Below are positions 11,946-24,196 of a stretch of DNA of 64,000 nt, in pieces. Position 1 is the first letter of the stretch. Each line of letters starts with the position of its first letter. The position numbers and the translations under genes are program-made. Origin of the DNA: Orbicella franksi (lineage: Eukaryota); contig OZ116701.1 of NCBI GenBank assembly GCA_964199315.1, positions 24,304,001-24,368,000 on the forward strand, given 5' to 3'. The notes under the pieces were generated by a model. That model worked only from the letters and a program-made list of their open reading frames with translations, made no database searches and was not told where the DNA came from.

Positions 11946-12011
11946 TTCCGTATTCTTCAGAACTCTCCTGAACAAGACTTTAAAGCAATTGTCCCACGCA
12001 CCTGCAACATA

Positions 12012-12237
12012 TGTTCACAAGAAACATTTTATTGACCGAAAACTGAATAGAGAGAGAGAGCAAAAATCTTTTTATACCTGAACGTAATAAACCTAAATTT
12101 ACATAAATATTAAACAAAGAAGCGTGAAACCGAAACTATGCTAGAATAGAAAAACAAAAAAGACAACGGATACAGGATGACATAACCAAAATCTCACGCA
12201 AACACACAAATCAATAAGCCAAATTCCCTTGTGTCCA
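12012..12237 (-). repeat. 3' LTR of BEL-1
   Basis: 220/226 identical to 17752-17977; preceded on the minus strand by a polypurine tract. Confidence 0.95.
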
Positions 12238-12436
12238 TTTCTCCCCCTCATTGATATGCCATAGCATATCAATTTAACGATAATGTCGATAATGAGGGGA
12301 GTGTTCCTGTCAGTTCAACGTTTTAAAAGTTACTAAAGTCCAAAAGTTCTTTGTTCATTCTCGTCATCATCATTCACTGCAATTACCTCTACAATCACTT
12401 CTCAAGTTAGTTCCTCTTTGCGTCTCCGGAAATAAT

Positions 12437-15400
12437 TCAAGATAGTTCCAGATGACACAACTTTGAAATTGGTCTGGTCAATTCATTCCTTCCGACTTGA
12501 ACCTTGGCCACTCTTACGTGCCCATCTTTTCCTGGGAAAACTTTGGTGATTCGACCAAGGGGCCAGTGTCCTCGTAGTGTATTAGGTGAAATGACTAACA
12601 CGACATCCCCGACTTGAAGATCTCGCTCAGTAGTCAGCCACTTCCTTCTGATGTTAAGAGTAGGTATCCACTCCCAAATCCATCGATGCCAGAAATGCCT
12701 CACTAATTCCTGGACTCTTCTCCACCTTCTTTTTTGGGTTAAAAGCGGTGTGGTCTACTGATTCTGGTGCAAATCGTCTGCCGATCTGACCAAAAAGGAA
12801 GTGGTTTGGTGTGAGTGGAACGTCATCTTCTGGATTAGCCGATTGGTATGTCAGTGGTCTTGAGTTCAGAAGTGCCTCCGCTCCAGTAAAAGCTGTCGTT
12901 AACTCTTCGTCTGTAATATCTGCATTGCCCAGAATAGCATGTATTGCTCGCTTTGCTGCTTTGATCATAGTTTCATGAACGCCTCCAAAGTGAGGTGCAA
13001 GTGGAGGGTTGAACTTCCAGTTTACACCTTGGGTTGCCATTGATTTAGTAATTTTCTCTTGGTCCAGCTCTTTGACCAAATCACATAACTCCTTGTTAGC
13101 TCCAACAAAGTTTCCTCCATTGTCAGATAACATCTCTTTTGGGAGGCCTCTGCGGTTGACCATCCTGTAGAAAGCATTAAAAAATGAATCGGTGTCAAGT
13201 GCATAGGCCATTTCTAGATGGACTGCTCTGGACGCTAGGCAAGTAAACAAGCACAAGTAACGTTTTTATCTACGTGTCCTTCCCTGTACGGTGACGAATG
13301 GCCCTTCAAAATCCACAGCAGTCTGTGCAAAGGCTCTCAAGGAAGATCGAAGTCTGATCTGTGGGAGAGGAGCCATGACTTGCTTTGCAGCCTTAGCTTT
13401 TCTTTTTCGACATTCGTTGCACTCCTTCTCCCATTCACGAATTTCTTCTTGACCACAAATGATCCAAAAGCACGTCGATAAAGTCGCCAACGTTTGATTT
13501 GTGCCTCCCGCATGATTCCCTTTCTCGTGATAATGTTTGACAATCAACTTCGTCACACAGTTCTTCTGGGGTAAAATTATCGGAAAGCGAGCGTCATGTG
13601 GTAGGAATTCCGCATACTTGACGCGTCCATCACATCTCATTTGACCCTCCTCGTCAAGCCATGGTCGTAATCCGAGCAACTTGCTCTTCTTTGGAAGCTC
13701 TCTTTGTCTCTGAAGCGCTAAATACTCATCGGGAAACGCCCTCCTTTGTGGACTCCTGATCACCTGAAACGTAGCATCTTCGATTTCTACCGACTTTAAT
13801 TCTCCAGTTTCTCTCTTGCAACTTCTACAATTGTCTATGAAATGACGCACCCATGCTTGAACTCTTATCAACCTTAACCAACTTGAAAAGCGTTTTGGGT
13901 CGAGACGCCACAACTGATCATCATCGTGAACTGAAACCATTGCCCAGTCTTCGTTTCTTGCTTGTAAGCTGTCTTGTCTGTCTTGAGCCTTTTTCTTGAT
14001 TTCTTTTTCTTCTGTAACTAAATCTGCTTCAATTCGATTGACAGGCCAGTATGGTTCTTCTTTTTGAAGGAAATCGGGACCATTCCACCACTTTTCCTCC
14101 TTGGTCATGTCTGATATTCTCATGCCTCTTGTAATTAAGTCAGCAGGATTCTCAGGGATTGAAACGTAGTGCCACTGTTTTGGATTTGTCAAACTTTGAA
14201 TTTCTCCCACATGATTTGCTACAAAGGGTTTAAATCTCCGACTTCTTCCTCTAAGCCACCACAGAACATTCATACTGTCAGACCAAAAGACTGCTTGACC
14301 CAGTGCACCACTGAAAACTCTGGAAGTAGACTCAGTAAGTCTTAGACCCAGGACTGCTGCCAACAGTCTAAACGAGGAATACTTGTTGTCGTTAGTGGAG
14401 CAACTTTTGACTTGGCTGCGACTAAGCGTGTCGACACCGATCCACTCTCATAGACAACTCTAGAATAGATAACAGCACCATACGCATCTTGCGACGCATC
14501 TACAAATGTATGCAAAGTTTCTGAGAGCGCAACTTGTTCTGGGCCAAATCGTAAACATCTAGAAACTTTGATCACTGGCAATTCTTCCAACTCACAGAAC
14601 CATTCTCGAGACTTGTTGTTCAACTCTCCTGGGCATAGCTCATCCCATTCAAGTCCTGTGGTCCACATTTCCTGCATCACGATTTTCGCTCTAGTTTTCT
14701 AGTACCTTGGTAGAATTGGACATCCATTTATGAGCGTGCATTCCAGCTTTGTTCCACAGCTCTTCTAGCTGCTTGTACAGCTCAATACCTTGACTATCGT
14801 CCGACATTGAGTCCATGCTGTCGTCCATATAGGTTGACTTGGACACTGTTTCGGCAGCTAAGGGCAGCTCATCTTTATGCCTCTCAGCATGAAATTGAGA
14901 GACAAACTGGGCATGAAATGGTGACGAGTTAACTCCGAAATCTACTCGGTTGAATTGAAACTCTTCTGACTCTTTCTGCTGATCCATCGATCTCCATAAG
15001 AATCGTTGACATGATCGGTCCTCTGGAGCGACCTCAATTCTCAAATACATCTCTGCGATGTCACAAATGAGTGCAACGGGGCGTCTTCTGAATCGAAGCA
15101 AAACATCGTTCAGATCTCTTTGCAAGTTTGGACCTTGGTAGATGACATCATTAAGAGAGATTCCGTTACACTTCGTGGAAGCATCGAATACGATTCGAGT
15201 CTTAGTTGTGGCTCTGTCAGGTCGCACAACGGGAAATGTGGCAGGTACCATTTCCTTGATGGTTTCTCCTCGGCTGGGTCGATCTTGCGAATGTAGCCCT
15301 TCTCCAAATATTGAATAATATTCTTTGAGTAGGCTTCTGCTATCTCTGGGCTTTTCAGTAACCGCTTTTCCGTGTTGCACAATCTGCGCAAATTCCCAGA

Positions 15401-17721
15401 ATTTTCGAAGAAGGGTGCTAATCTCATCTGTGTCTGACTGTTCTCGTACAAAATATGTTTGCACAAAGTTTGATTGTCGGTCACCCCCTGTGAGGCCACT
15501 AACAGTTCCAGTACAAGTCCATCCTAATGGTGTAAGCCTGGCAACTGGTTCTCCAGGCTGGCCTCAAACATCCTTGAATGAGTAGTGTAACTCCGCATAA
15601 TCGACTCCGATTAACAAGTCCACAATTGGGCGTTTGCCAGGATCTGGAAACTGTATTCCTTTCAGATGGGACCATTTGCCAACATGCTTTTCCCAGTCAA
15701 TAACTCTCATACTTCCAGTGACTCATTCTGCCGTGAATGCACTCATCTTGGTCGCCACATTACCATTCATACTCTCCAGCTCGAAGTCAACTGACGTAGT
15801 CTCGAAGGTTTCAGTCTGGCCATTTAAAACATTAACTGTCACTTTTTGGGGTTCTCCCTGAAGTTCCAATTCAGCAGCTACGTCAGCATTTAAATATGTT
15901 TTAGTGGATGCTTCATCCAGTAACGCGTTCACTTTAATTCTACGATGGCCGTTCTTTAGAAACTCCGGTACGGTCTGAAGTGCCACAAATCTTGGTTGAA
16001 CACCACGTGTAGTCAATGGTGTGTGATCTCTCTGTAAGCTGCTCGACTGGCTCCTGGGGAGGAGAAAAGACCACTGAATTTCTCTCCATGCCATTATTTG
16101 TTTCACTGCCTGCATCAGGTTGGGTGTCATCTGATGGCCCCTGAACTGTTTCCCGCTGATCACGAGAGTTCACCTGATCACTTCGCTCTGACAGCACAGG
16201 GTTTCGATGCAACAGTCGCTTGTGAGTTTTCTTACAACTGTTTATCCCACAGATCCTCGATCTGACACATGCCTCTCCACTGCGGTCTCCTCCTAGGCAA
16301 CGGTAGCATAGTTTTAGGCTCTTAGCGGCTGCCCATCTCTCTGGAAGACTCATAGCTTTGAATTTCTCACAGCGCCAAACTCCATGATGACCACTGCAGA
16401 CTTTGCATGGCAGAAATCCAACTTTTCTCTGGTTTCCTGACGATTGCTTCGTATTGCCAAAGAAAGTCAGTCCATTATCTTTCTTGTTCCCACGTTTGCT
16501 CAAACCTGGAATGGTTTCAGATGCCACAGTCTGGAATTCTGACTCTTGGATAATAAACTCTCTCAGTGTTTCTGACTGCCAACGGCCATTTTCGTAAATC
16601 CACCAATGATACTGCGTTAACATTCCTTCCGTCAATTTTTTACATAAACTGAGGTAAAGCGATCCGTTTCCTAACTCATCATGTCAACCGGCCTCTTTTA
16701 CATTGACCACAGTTACGTCAAGTAAATCTGCAAATCTCTCGAGGTCCTTTGCCAATCCAGGACGAAGTGGTCTAAAGTTCTCTAACTCTTCTAAATGTAG
16801 GGCGATCTGACGTCTTTTACCACCAAACTTTCGTTCCAATCTTTCCTTGGCCGCCTCATAAGCCGCCGCAGAATGTCCTAAAGGCTCCACGACCTTTAGT
16901 GCCTTGCCTGATAAATATTGACGCAACTGAAGCAACTTGTACTCAGGTGTAGCGGGCGCTTTGTTAACACATGCCATGAACGCTGTTTTCCATCCTTCAT
17001 ACAATTTTTTATCTCCATTGAATACGGGAATTGAAACACGCTTGAGTTGTTTCCACATATCCTGGCCAAGTGACAGCGTACTTGAACGATTCTCTGTCGA
17101 TTTCTCCTCGTAAAACGCTGTTGTTTTCAGCCCTCCAAATTTAAACTTTTCCGGCGATTCTTTCAAATCTCGAAGCTGTTCTTCTAATAAGCGACTACGA
17201 TATTGACGATTAAATTCTTCTAAATCTTCTTTAGAACGAGCAATATCTTGTTCCAGCTTGAATTGATCCTCTTGAATTTGCTTTTCCACACTTTTGCGTT
17301 GTACGCTTTCTTCGATTTGGCATCGGTGAGTATTTTCCAATGCATCAGTTGCCAAACTCGATAACTCGTCCGTCCGATTGTCCAAATATTCTTGTGCCTT
17401 GTCATGAGCCTCAGAAAATTCTACTTCTTGTTTGTCCATTTCGTCTCCCAGCTTTTTGCGTTTCTCTTTTTCTTTGATACGTAAATACTCTTGCGATAAT
17501 TTCTCCATTGTTTCCATGGTGCGTTCTTGTACTTCGCAAAGTTTTTGACAAAGTTGTTTGACTTCCTGCCGGCTGGGACTATCTTCTTCATCTAGAAGGT
17601 ACAACAACTTGTTCTTTACTCTGGTAAATGCCAATTTGTCCTTCGCTTTTTCCTGCTTTAAGTTCTCAATTCGTTCCTCTCCTTCGTTCAATGCTTCGCT
17701 ATGCTCACTGTTCACTAACAT
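12437..17721 (-). pseudogene. BEL-1 gag-pol, fragmented by frameshifts/stops and an internal deletion near 14690
   Basis: DUF1759-like gag (IPVFNGDKKLYEGWKTAF), Cys-His knuckles, protease ALLDEAST, RT (RIVFDAS, CDIAEMY, YMDD), Pao RH (LHTFVDASQDAYGAV, AKSKVAP), integrase (TAVDFEGP, SDNGGNF, HFGGVHE) and DUF5641 tail. Confidence 0.92.
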
Positions 17722-17726
17722 GATTT

Positions 17727-17746
17727 GGAACCTCGTTCTGCTACCA
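17727..17746 (-). promoter_or_regulatory. Primer-binding site of BEL-1 (initiator tRNA-Met-like)
   Basis: TGGTAGCAGAACGAGGTTCC, 5 nt from the 5' LTR; begins with TGGTAGCAGA, the complement of the tRNAi-Met 3' end. Confidence 0.75.
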
Positions 17747-17751
17747 AAAAA

Positions 17752-17977
17752 TGTTCACAAGAAACATTTTCTTGACCGAAAACCGAATAGAGAGAGAGAG
17801 CAAAAATCTTTTTATACCCGAACGTAATAAACCTAAATTTACATAAATATTAAACAAAGAAGCGTGAAACCAAAACTATGCTAGAATAGAAAAACAAAAA
17901 AGACAAAGGATACAGGATGACATAACCAAAATCTCACACAAACACACAAATCAATAAGCCAAATTCCCTTGTGTCCA
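17752..17977 (-). repeat. 5' LTR of BEL-1
   Basis: Direct repeat of 12012-12237, followed by TSD ACATA. Confidence 0.95.
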
Positions 17978-18135
17978 ACATACGGTATTTTAGATACGCG
18001 ATAAAGGCAGGAAATAAAATTAGACTTGTTGACAGCTGTCAAAGCTGTCTGGCCTTTGCCTCTGTTTTTGTTTGTCTAGTCATGCAATATTATTTTTCCA
18101 AAGCGATCGAGTGGAGTTTCTAATAAAGGAATAAG

Positions 18136-18354
18136 ATGAGCAAAGTTGTGATAAACAACTGTGTCATGAAAGGGCAACATGTCTACGAACATGCCGTGAA
18201 CGTGGGAGATACTTACAAGTGCCTTCCAGAAAAGAATAATTTGAACAATGCGAAAGCGATTGCCATGCGAAGCGCTTGAAATGAAGTCATTGGACACATT
18301 CCTGTAAAATTTGTGCAACTACGTTTCCAGGGAAATTAGTAGTGTTGTGGTAAG
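18136..18354 (+). pseudogene. HIRAN-like domain fragment with one in-frame stop
   Basis: MSKVVINNCVMKGQHVYEHAVNVGDTYKCLPEKNNLNNAKAIAMRSA*NEVIGHIPVKF resembles the GxHxY...ExxNxxDxxA(I/V)...IGHVP pattern of HIRAN-like TE accessory proteins. Confidence 0.5.
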
Positions 18355-19338
18355 TATTCAGACATCAAGTAAAAGCAGACAATATTGCTTGACAAGTCAG
18401 TTTAAGTAAGCAATAAACTCAAAAGGTAGTTTCAATCATATGTAACATCGAGCTGATTTAAAGGAGTATGTCATCACGGATTATTTATCCAATCCAGAAT
18501 GACTGGACTGTTTTTGGGGAGCTTCAGCCTCCACTATGGTATCGTCGGCAGAATTTATTTGTCTACATATCATGAGGTCTTCTAGGAGGAATTGAGTAGG
18601 CTTATATGACGTGAGCATTCGATACAGCGGCCATTGCTGTTTTGAGTACATGTAATATTTTTGTACAGCTTACCGTCGCAAGTTGGTTGCAGTTTTCAAG
18701 GTAAGTTTTTTTCCACTTCTAAATTGCTTTGCCTCGTTTTTGTTATACATTATCTTTCTTCCCGCACTGCCCTCAAGAAAAGGGTACTCTTTGTTATTTC
18801 ACTTAGATCTTCCTGAGAAAATTTCTTCAGCAATACAAGATTTGTTTTGCGCATGCAAGCCATTAACTTATCCAGGCTCAGCTTGTGTTCAGCGTGGATT
18901 GCATGGGAGAAGTATTTGCTTTCACAAGCACTCACCTTTACCCAAATGAGTGTCAGTTACTGGACTCTACTGTTCTCACATAAATCATGTACATGTATTT
19001 GCACTGTGCAGTCATTTTCAGCAGCTGTGAATGCAGTCAAACTGCTGAACGTACATGTACTGGAGCTGTTTGTTAACTACATGACAATATTAACTGCAAG
19101 TACGAGGACATCAATTGAACAATAACGGTCAAGGAAGTGAAGGATGCCTTATTACATGTTCAATGGGGATGGATTCTTACCATGTCTTAGGTAAATGTGT
19201 TTCACTTGACAACATTGAAACAAATTCTAGACATGAACAGAAATTATTGGCTACATTTGGTCTACATCCCATTGCTTGTAAGGGGAAGTGGATGATGAGA
19301 ACAATCCAGGTCCTGCAGTATTTAATAACACTAATCCA

Positions 19339-19460
19339 ACAATCACTGTGTGTGCTGGCCACAAGTCAAGGAACTGACAGAGGCACAATTTGGTGAAAAC
19401 GTTGGCAAGCAGTGTGTTGCAAATTATGTTCACTTGATTATGATTAAAATTTACAATCAA
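19339..19460 (+). pseudogene. Possible relic of a herpesvirus-tegument-type (peptidase C76) deubiquitinase N-terminal motif
   Basis: Frameshifted TITVCAGH/SQG../AQFGENVGKQCVAN resembles the SQG..FG..AG.QC(V)A catalytic-Cys motif. Short and degraded. Confidence 0.4.
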
Positions 19461-19530
19461 ATAGAAGACACTGTACCCAGAATATGCTTATTGGATTGAG
19501 CCTATACAGTTCTGCAAATTATAAATTCTG

Positions 19531-20074
19531 TGTAATGGTTTCTTGAGTCAGAAATGAAATCTCATTCTCTCAGGTTGTTTGCACTCGCAGTCAAAACTCC
19601 TTAGGACACCAAGCCAGTATAGCAGAACAATCTTTCCTTTATTGTCTTTAATCCTAATCTTGTGGCCTCAGAGTGTTTTCATACGAATCGAAGCAAAGCA
19701 GTCAACTGAAGTAATTACATCACGAAATCACTAAATATCATTGCGTTTCTAACTTAGAAAGTAATCACAATGATTATCCCATGTGCTCATGCTAATAGAG
19801 AGCTTCGAGAGCAGTTGAAATCTAAGTATAGTTCTCACTAGAATCACAATTTACATAACAATGTAAATATCAACATCAGTAGATTGTACCTTACCAATGT
19901 TCGTGGGTCTTGATTTTCCTATGAGAATTTCGCTCTCTTGTCTTACGATCTTAAACAGAAGGGGTCTTAGCTTGAGCTGAATGTGGGCTATGTTCGTTAA
20001 ACATTTAATGCATCAATCACGGTAACGTCAATCAAATGGGAAAATATTTCTCAACTTTTATTGAAGCGGTTACA
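19531..20074 (-). mobile_element. Solo LTR (544 bp) of the BEL-2 family
   Basis: TGTAATGG...CGGTTACA termini with 5-bp TSD TTCTG. Homologous to the BEL-2 3' LTR at 51888-52243. Confidence 0.85.
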
Positions 20075-20440
20075 TTCTGTACAAAAAATGTGTATTTGCC
20101 ATTAACTGTTACAATGAGGTTAACTAATATCCCAGGAAAAGTTTCGGTTTTTGTGAGAATGTACATTCAATGCAATGTAATGCAATTTAATACACTGTTT
20201 ATTATTTTTACTCTTGACATCAAACAATGCCCAATATATTCTCTTGAAAATTCACTTGCAGAAGCATTTTCAAATAATTTTCTCAAATTCATCAATAACT
20301 GATCAAGTTTAAACAATGTAAATCATAACTGTGACGGTGTTTGGATATCTGATCTTACTTGACATAGATGTTGTAATTTTAAGTTGCCTTTTTCTCCTTA
20401 GTCCTAGTTTCAATTGAGAAGATAGGTGTACTTGTGTATA

Positions 20441-20583
20441 TAGTGTGTCAAACACCGAAGACCACATTCCATCACATTTCCAACACCTCAAATTTTGTCA
20501 AAAATTCTCAGCTGTGTTATATCTTAGACTCTTCTCCATATTTGGAAATATGGTTAAACACAGTCTTTCATGCTTGATGTATT
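20441..20583. mobile_element. Degenerate hairpin MITE-like repeat
   Basis: Weak terminal inverted similarity (tcaaacaccgaagac...atttccaa versus ttggaaat...gtctttcatgcttga). Confidence 0.35.
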
Positions 20584-21167
20584 ACATCATTGTTACTACA
20601 ATTGTTGTTTGTTACAGTTTTAAAGACATCAGAGCACAGCTTTGACATATTTTAAATTTAACTTTAAGGATTTGCATGAGATACCCCTTTCATTTAGGAG
20701 ATACACTTTGGTCAGCATTGAAGAGCTTAAAAAACCTATTATATTTGCAATTGTCTTGCTCACAGACATGGACTAGTCCTTTCAGAATAAAAGGTGTACT
20801 GCACATGTCTTGATTTGTGGTTGTCAAGCTGATATGCAACAAGTTCAATACTACCAGGAATGTGATTACAGTGAATGAACGTGTGTACAGGAAATTCTCT
20901 TTAAAAAGCTGATAACAGTTGCATTGTGTTCTTCAAATAACATTTAATTAACTTCCCACTGTGAATAGCATGATAAAAAATATGCTATTATCTTATTGTA
21001 TTTTAAAACAGATCCAATCAATCAAAGTAGTATTGGGTTTGACAAAACAATTATAACACCTACAATGCCAGAGACATCTGTACCACGTCATGTGAGCATA
21101 AGAACCTAGTAAACCAGAGTGAAGCACACTGAGCAATGTGGAACACTCCTTTAGACATAATTTATAT

Positions 21168-24100
21168 AATAATAATAATAATAATAGATTTGTACAGCGC
21201 CATATCCAGGGCTCATGGCGCTTTACAGTAAAAAATGTTATTAAAAATAAAATTTACATTAAAAATTTACATCAGTGATAAAAAATTACTAACAAATAAA
21301 ATAGCTAAGCTGTAAAAATGAAAGTAAAACTAGGAATCATTAAAACCTTTAAATAAAAACTGACTAACTTAACTAAGTGACTGACTAACTAACTAGCTAA
21401 ACTATCTAATCTACTAATTAACTAACCAAAAGTCTAGTTATAAAATTTGTTAAAAAGATATGTCTTTATACAAGTCTTAAAATCTGATAGCGAGCTGCTC
21501 CCTCTTATATTGTTCGGAAGAGAGTTCCATAGGCTAGGTGCTACAAAAGAGAAACACCTATGACCATAGCCTATTAACTTGACAGGTGGTACTTTCAAGA
21601 GGTTTTTGGAGGAGGATCGAAGATTTCTGCTTGGTACATAAGGCTCTAGCAGTTCAGTAATGTAATTAGGGGCCTGGCCGTTGAGCGCTTTATAGGTTAA
21701 AAGTAAAATCTTATAATTGATGCGCTGGCTTATTGGAAGCCAGTGTAGCTGCTTTAAAACCGGCTTGATATGATCGTATTTCCTTGTTCTGGTAACAACG
21801 CGAGCCGCAGCATTCTGGACATTTTGTAGACGATCTATCAAAAATTTTGGTAGTCCATATAGAAGCGAGTTGGCGTTATCTAGTTTGGAAGTGATGAATG
21901 CATGTACTAACTTTTCAGTGTCTGCTAGAGATAGACAGACTCATCCTGCTAATGTTTCTAAGACGGAAGAAACAGGCCTTGCAGGTACTGGTAACATGCT
22001 TTTCCAGTGACATGTACTCATCAAAGATGACTCCAATGTTCTTTGCAGAAGTAGATGGCTCGATCTGTTCACCAGACACATCGACGTGATCTATTAATGG
22101 GGGTGGACGATGTCGTGCACTCAAGATCAAAATCTCCGTCTTTCCTCTGTTTAGTTTCAGCTTATTGCACACCATCCACGAGTCGATCTCAGAAACACAT
22201 GCTTCTATTTTAGCTATAGAACCAGGTTGTTCGGCGTAGTTGGGCTTAAATGAGAGGTAGAGCTGGGTGTCATCAGCGTATAGATGGTAGTTAAGTCCGT
22301 GCCGTTTGATGATGTCCCCGATGGGCGATGTGTATAACAAATACAGGATTGGCCCTAAAACGGATCCCTGGGGAACACCGTAGCGAAGTTCTTTCATCTC
22401 TGACTTGGTTCCGTCAATCATCACAAACTGCTTTCGGTCTTGAAGATAGGATCGAAACCATTTTAGCGCATGTCCTTTCACGCCGTAGCGTTTTTCCATT
22501 CTTTCTAGTAGCAGTTTATGGTCGACGGTATCAAACGCCGCAGACATGTCCAACAGTAGCAGGATAACGCATTTCTGATTATCTATCTCACAGAGAATGT
22601 CATTTTGCACCCTCAGGAGAGCAGTCTCCATGCTGTGAAAGCGTTTATATGCTGACTGAAAAGATTCCTCTAGATCATTATCGCGTAGATAGTCGCTCAA
22701 TTGACAAGATACTGCCTTTTCAATTACCTTAGATACAACCTTCAGATTTGAGATAGGTCTAGAGTGTGAATAATCCTCAGAGTCCAGGTTGTCCTTCTTC
22801 AGCTTCGGTTTGATCATTGCTTCTTTCAGTGCAGCGGGCATAGATGCTGATTGGAGAGACATGTTAACGATGTTAGTTAACACGGGTAGAATAGTTGATT
22901 TACATTCCTTAAGAATAGAAGCCGGTATAGGGTCAAGATCACAGGATTTTTTACCGATTTTGTCCACAAAACTTTCAATCTCTCTTTCTGACATCACCCT
23001 GAACTCTGTGAATTTGGCTTGACATGGCTGTTTGTATGCTTCGCAGGACTGGGTACCAGAAGTCACTTCTTTGGATAGCTCCGTTCTTATGGATGCTATC
23101 TTCTTGTCAAAAAAGTCGGCAAAATTGTTCGTAAGCACAAACGTTGACGGTGCGGTTGGATAGCGTCTATCTACCCTGTGGTGTAATAGCTTGTCGACTG
23201 CGTTGAAAAGTATTTTTGGATCTGATGCATTCTCTGAAATAATAGATGAATAGTATGAAGCCTTTGCGTCCCTTAGCATTTTGTTCACTACCTGGCACTG
23301 GTCGACAAACATCTGTCTGTCGACGCACAGTCTCGACGATCGCCAGCGGCGCTCCAGCCTTCGACGTTTTCTCTTGGCGTTACTAATACCCTCATGGTAC
23401 CATGGTGCTGATGGACGGAGAGTTATCATGCGTCGTTTTAAAGGTGCATGCCTTTGAAGTATTTCCGTCAGAGTATTTTCGTATTTTTCAGTGAGATCCA
23501 TAAGATCAAAGGCGTTGGTTGTCAGAAGGTCAGATTGCTTTAGGTCGTCATTAAAACTGACCATATTTACCGAGCACAGTTTACGATAACTAATTTCCAT
23601 TCGTTCCAGAGGTGGTTTGTTTAGGCGTAGCTTGCAGTGTACAGCAGAGTGATCGGACAGCATTGGATCGCGTATTTCAACGCTAGTGACTAGCTCGTCC
23701 TCGGCCCTAGTTATGATCAGGTCTAAGGTGTGGCCTTTCTTATGGGTGGGTCCATTTACATGCTGGACTAGACTGAGCGATTCTAAGATCTTGTTAAATT
23801 TTACAGTCTCCAAATTGCTGATTTTATCCATGTGATAATTAAAGTCACCCACTATTAGAAGGTTGCCAGGGGAAACAACGAACTGTTCTGCGAGGGTGCA
23901 AAATTCTTCAAAGAATAGAGAACAATTTAACTGATTTGGATGGAGGCGGTCTGTAGATAGTTACAATTCTTATAGAACCAGTGGAGCATGTCGTCACAAT
24001 GTCCAGGTATTCGAAGGAGCTGAAATTTGTCTGGGTTTGTTTCATGAATTTCATTTGTTTCTTTATTAGGAGACCAACTCCTCCCCCTCGTGAGTTTTTC

Positions 24101-24196
24101 CGTGGAACATGGTAGAAGCAGTATCCGGTTGGACAAACTTCAGCAATTGAAAAATTATAGTTTTCATTATTGCGCAGCCATGTCTCAGTCACTGCA
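21168..24196 (-). mobile_element. L2/CR1-group LINE, 5'-truncated at the start of ORF2, with 3' UTR, terminal stem-loop and (TAT)n tail
   Basis: APE + RT ORF2. The 3' end on the minus strand reads TGTAAAGCGCCATGAGCCCTGGATATGGCGCTGTACAAATCTATTATTATT; there is an (ACTA)n-like tract in the UTR. Confidence 0.9.
21434..24192 (-). pseudogene. LINE ORF2 (APE endonuclease-RT), 2 frameshifts (~23930, ~21930)
   Basis: TETWL, RGGGVG, IYRPP, GDFN, GHTLDL, SDHSAV, RPISNL, QSAYKRFHS, LDMSAAFDTV, GVPQGSVLGP, YADDTQLY, LHWLP. Confidence 0.92.

Larger units (their letters stand above)
12012..17977 (-). mobile_element. Full-length but decayed BEL/Pao LTR retrotransposon (BEL-1)
   Basis: Two 226-bp TG..CA LTRs differ at 6 positions. 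TSD ACATA at 12007-12011 and 17978-17982; PPT GAGGGGGAGAAA; PBS; gag-PR-RT-RH-IN order. Confidence 0.95.

Noticed and set aside
12240-12436. env-like gene in the BEL or Gypsy elements
   Set aside because: The gap between integrase and the 3' LTR is too short and non-coding in BEL-1, BEL-2 and Gypsy.
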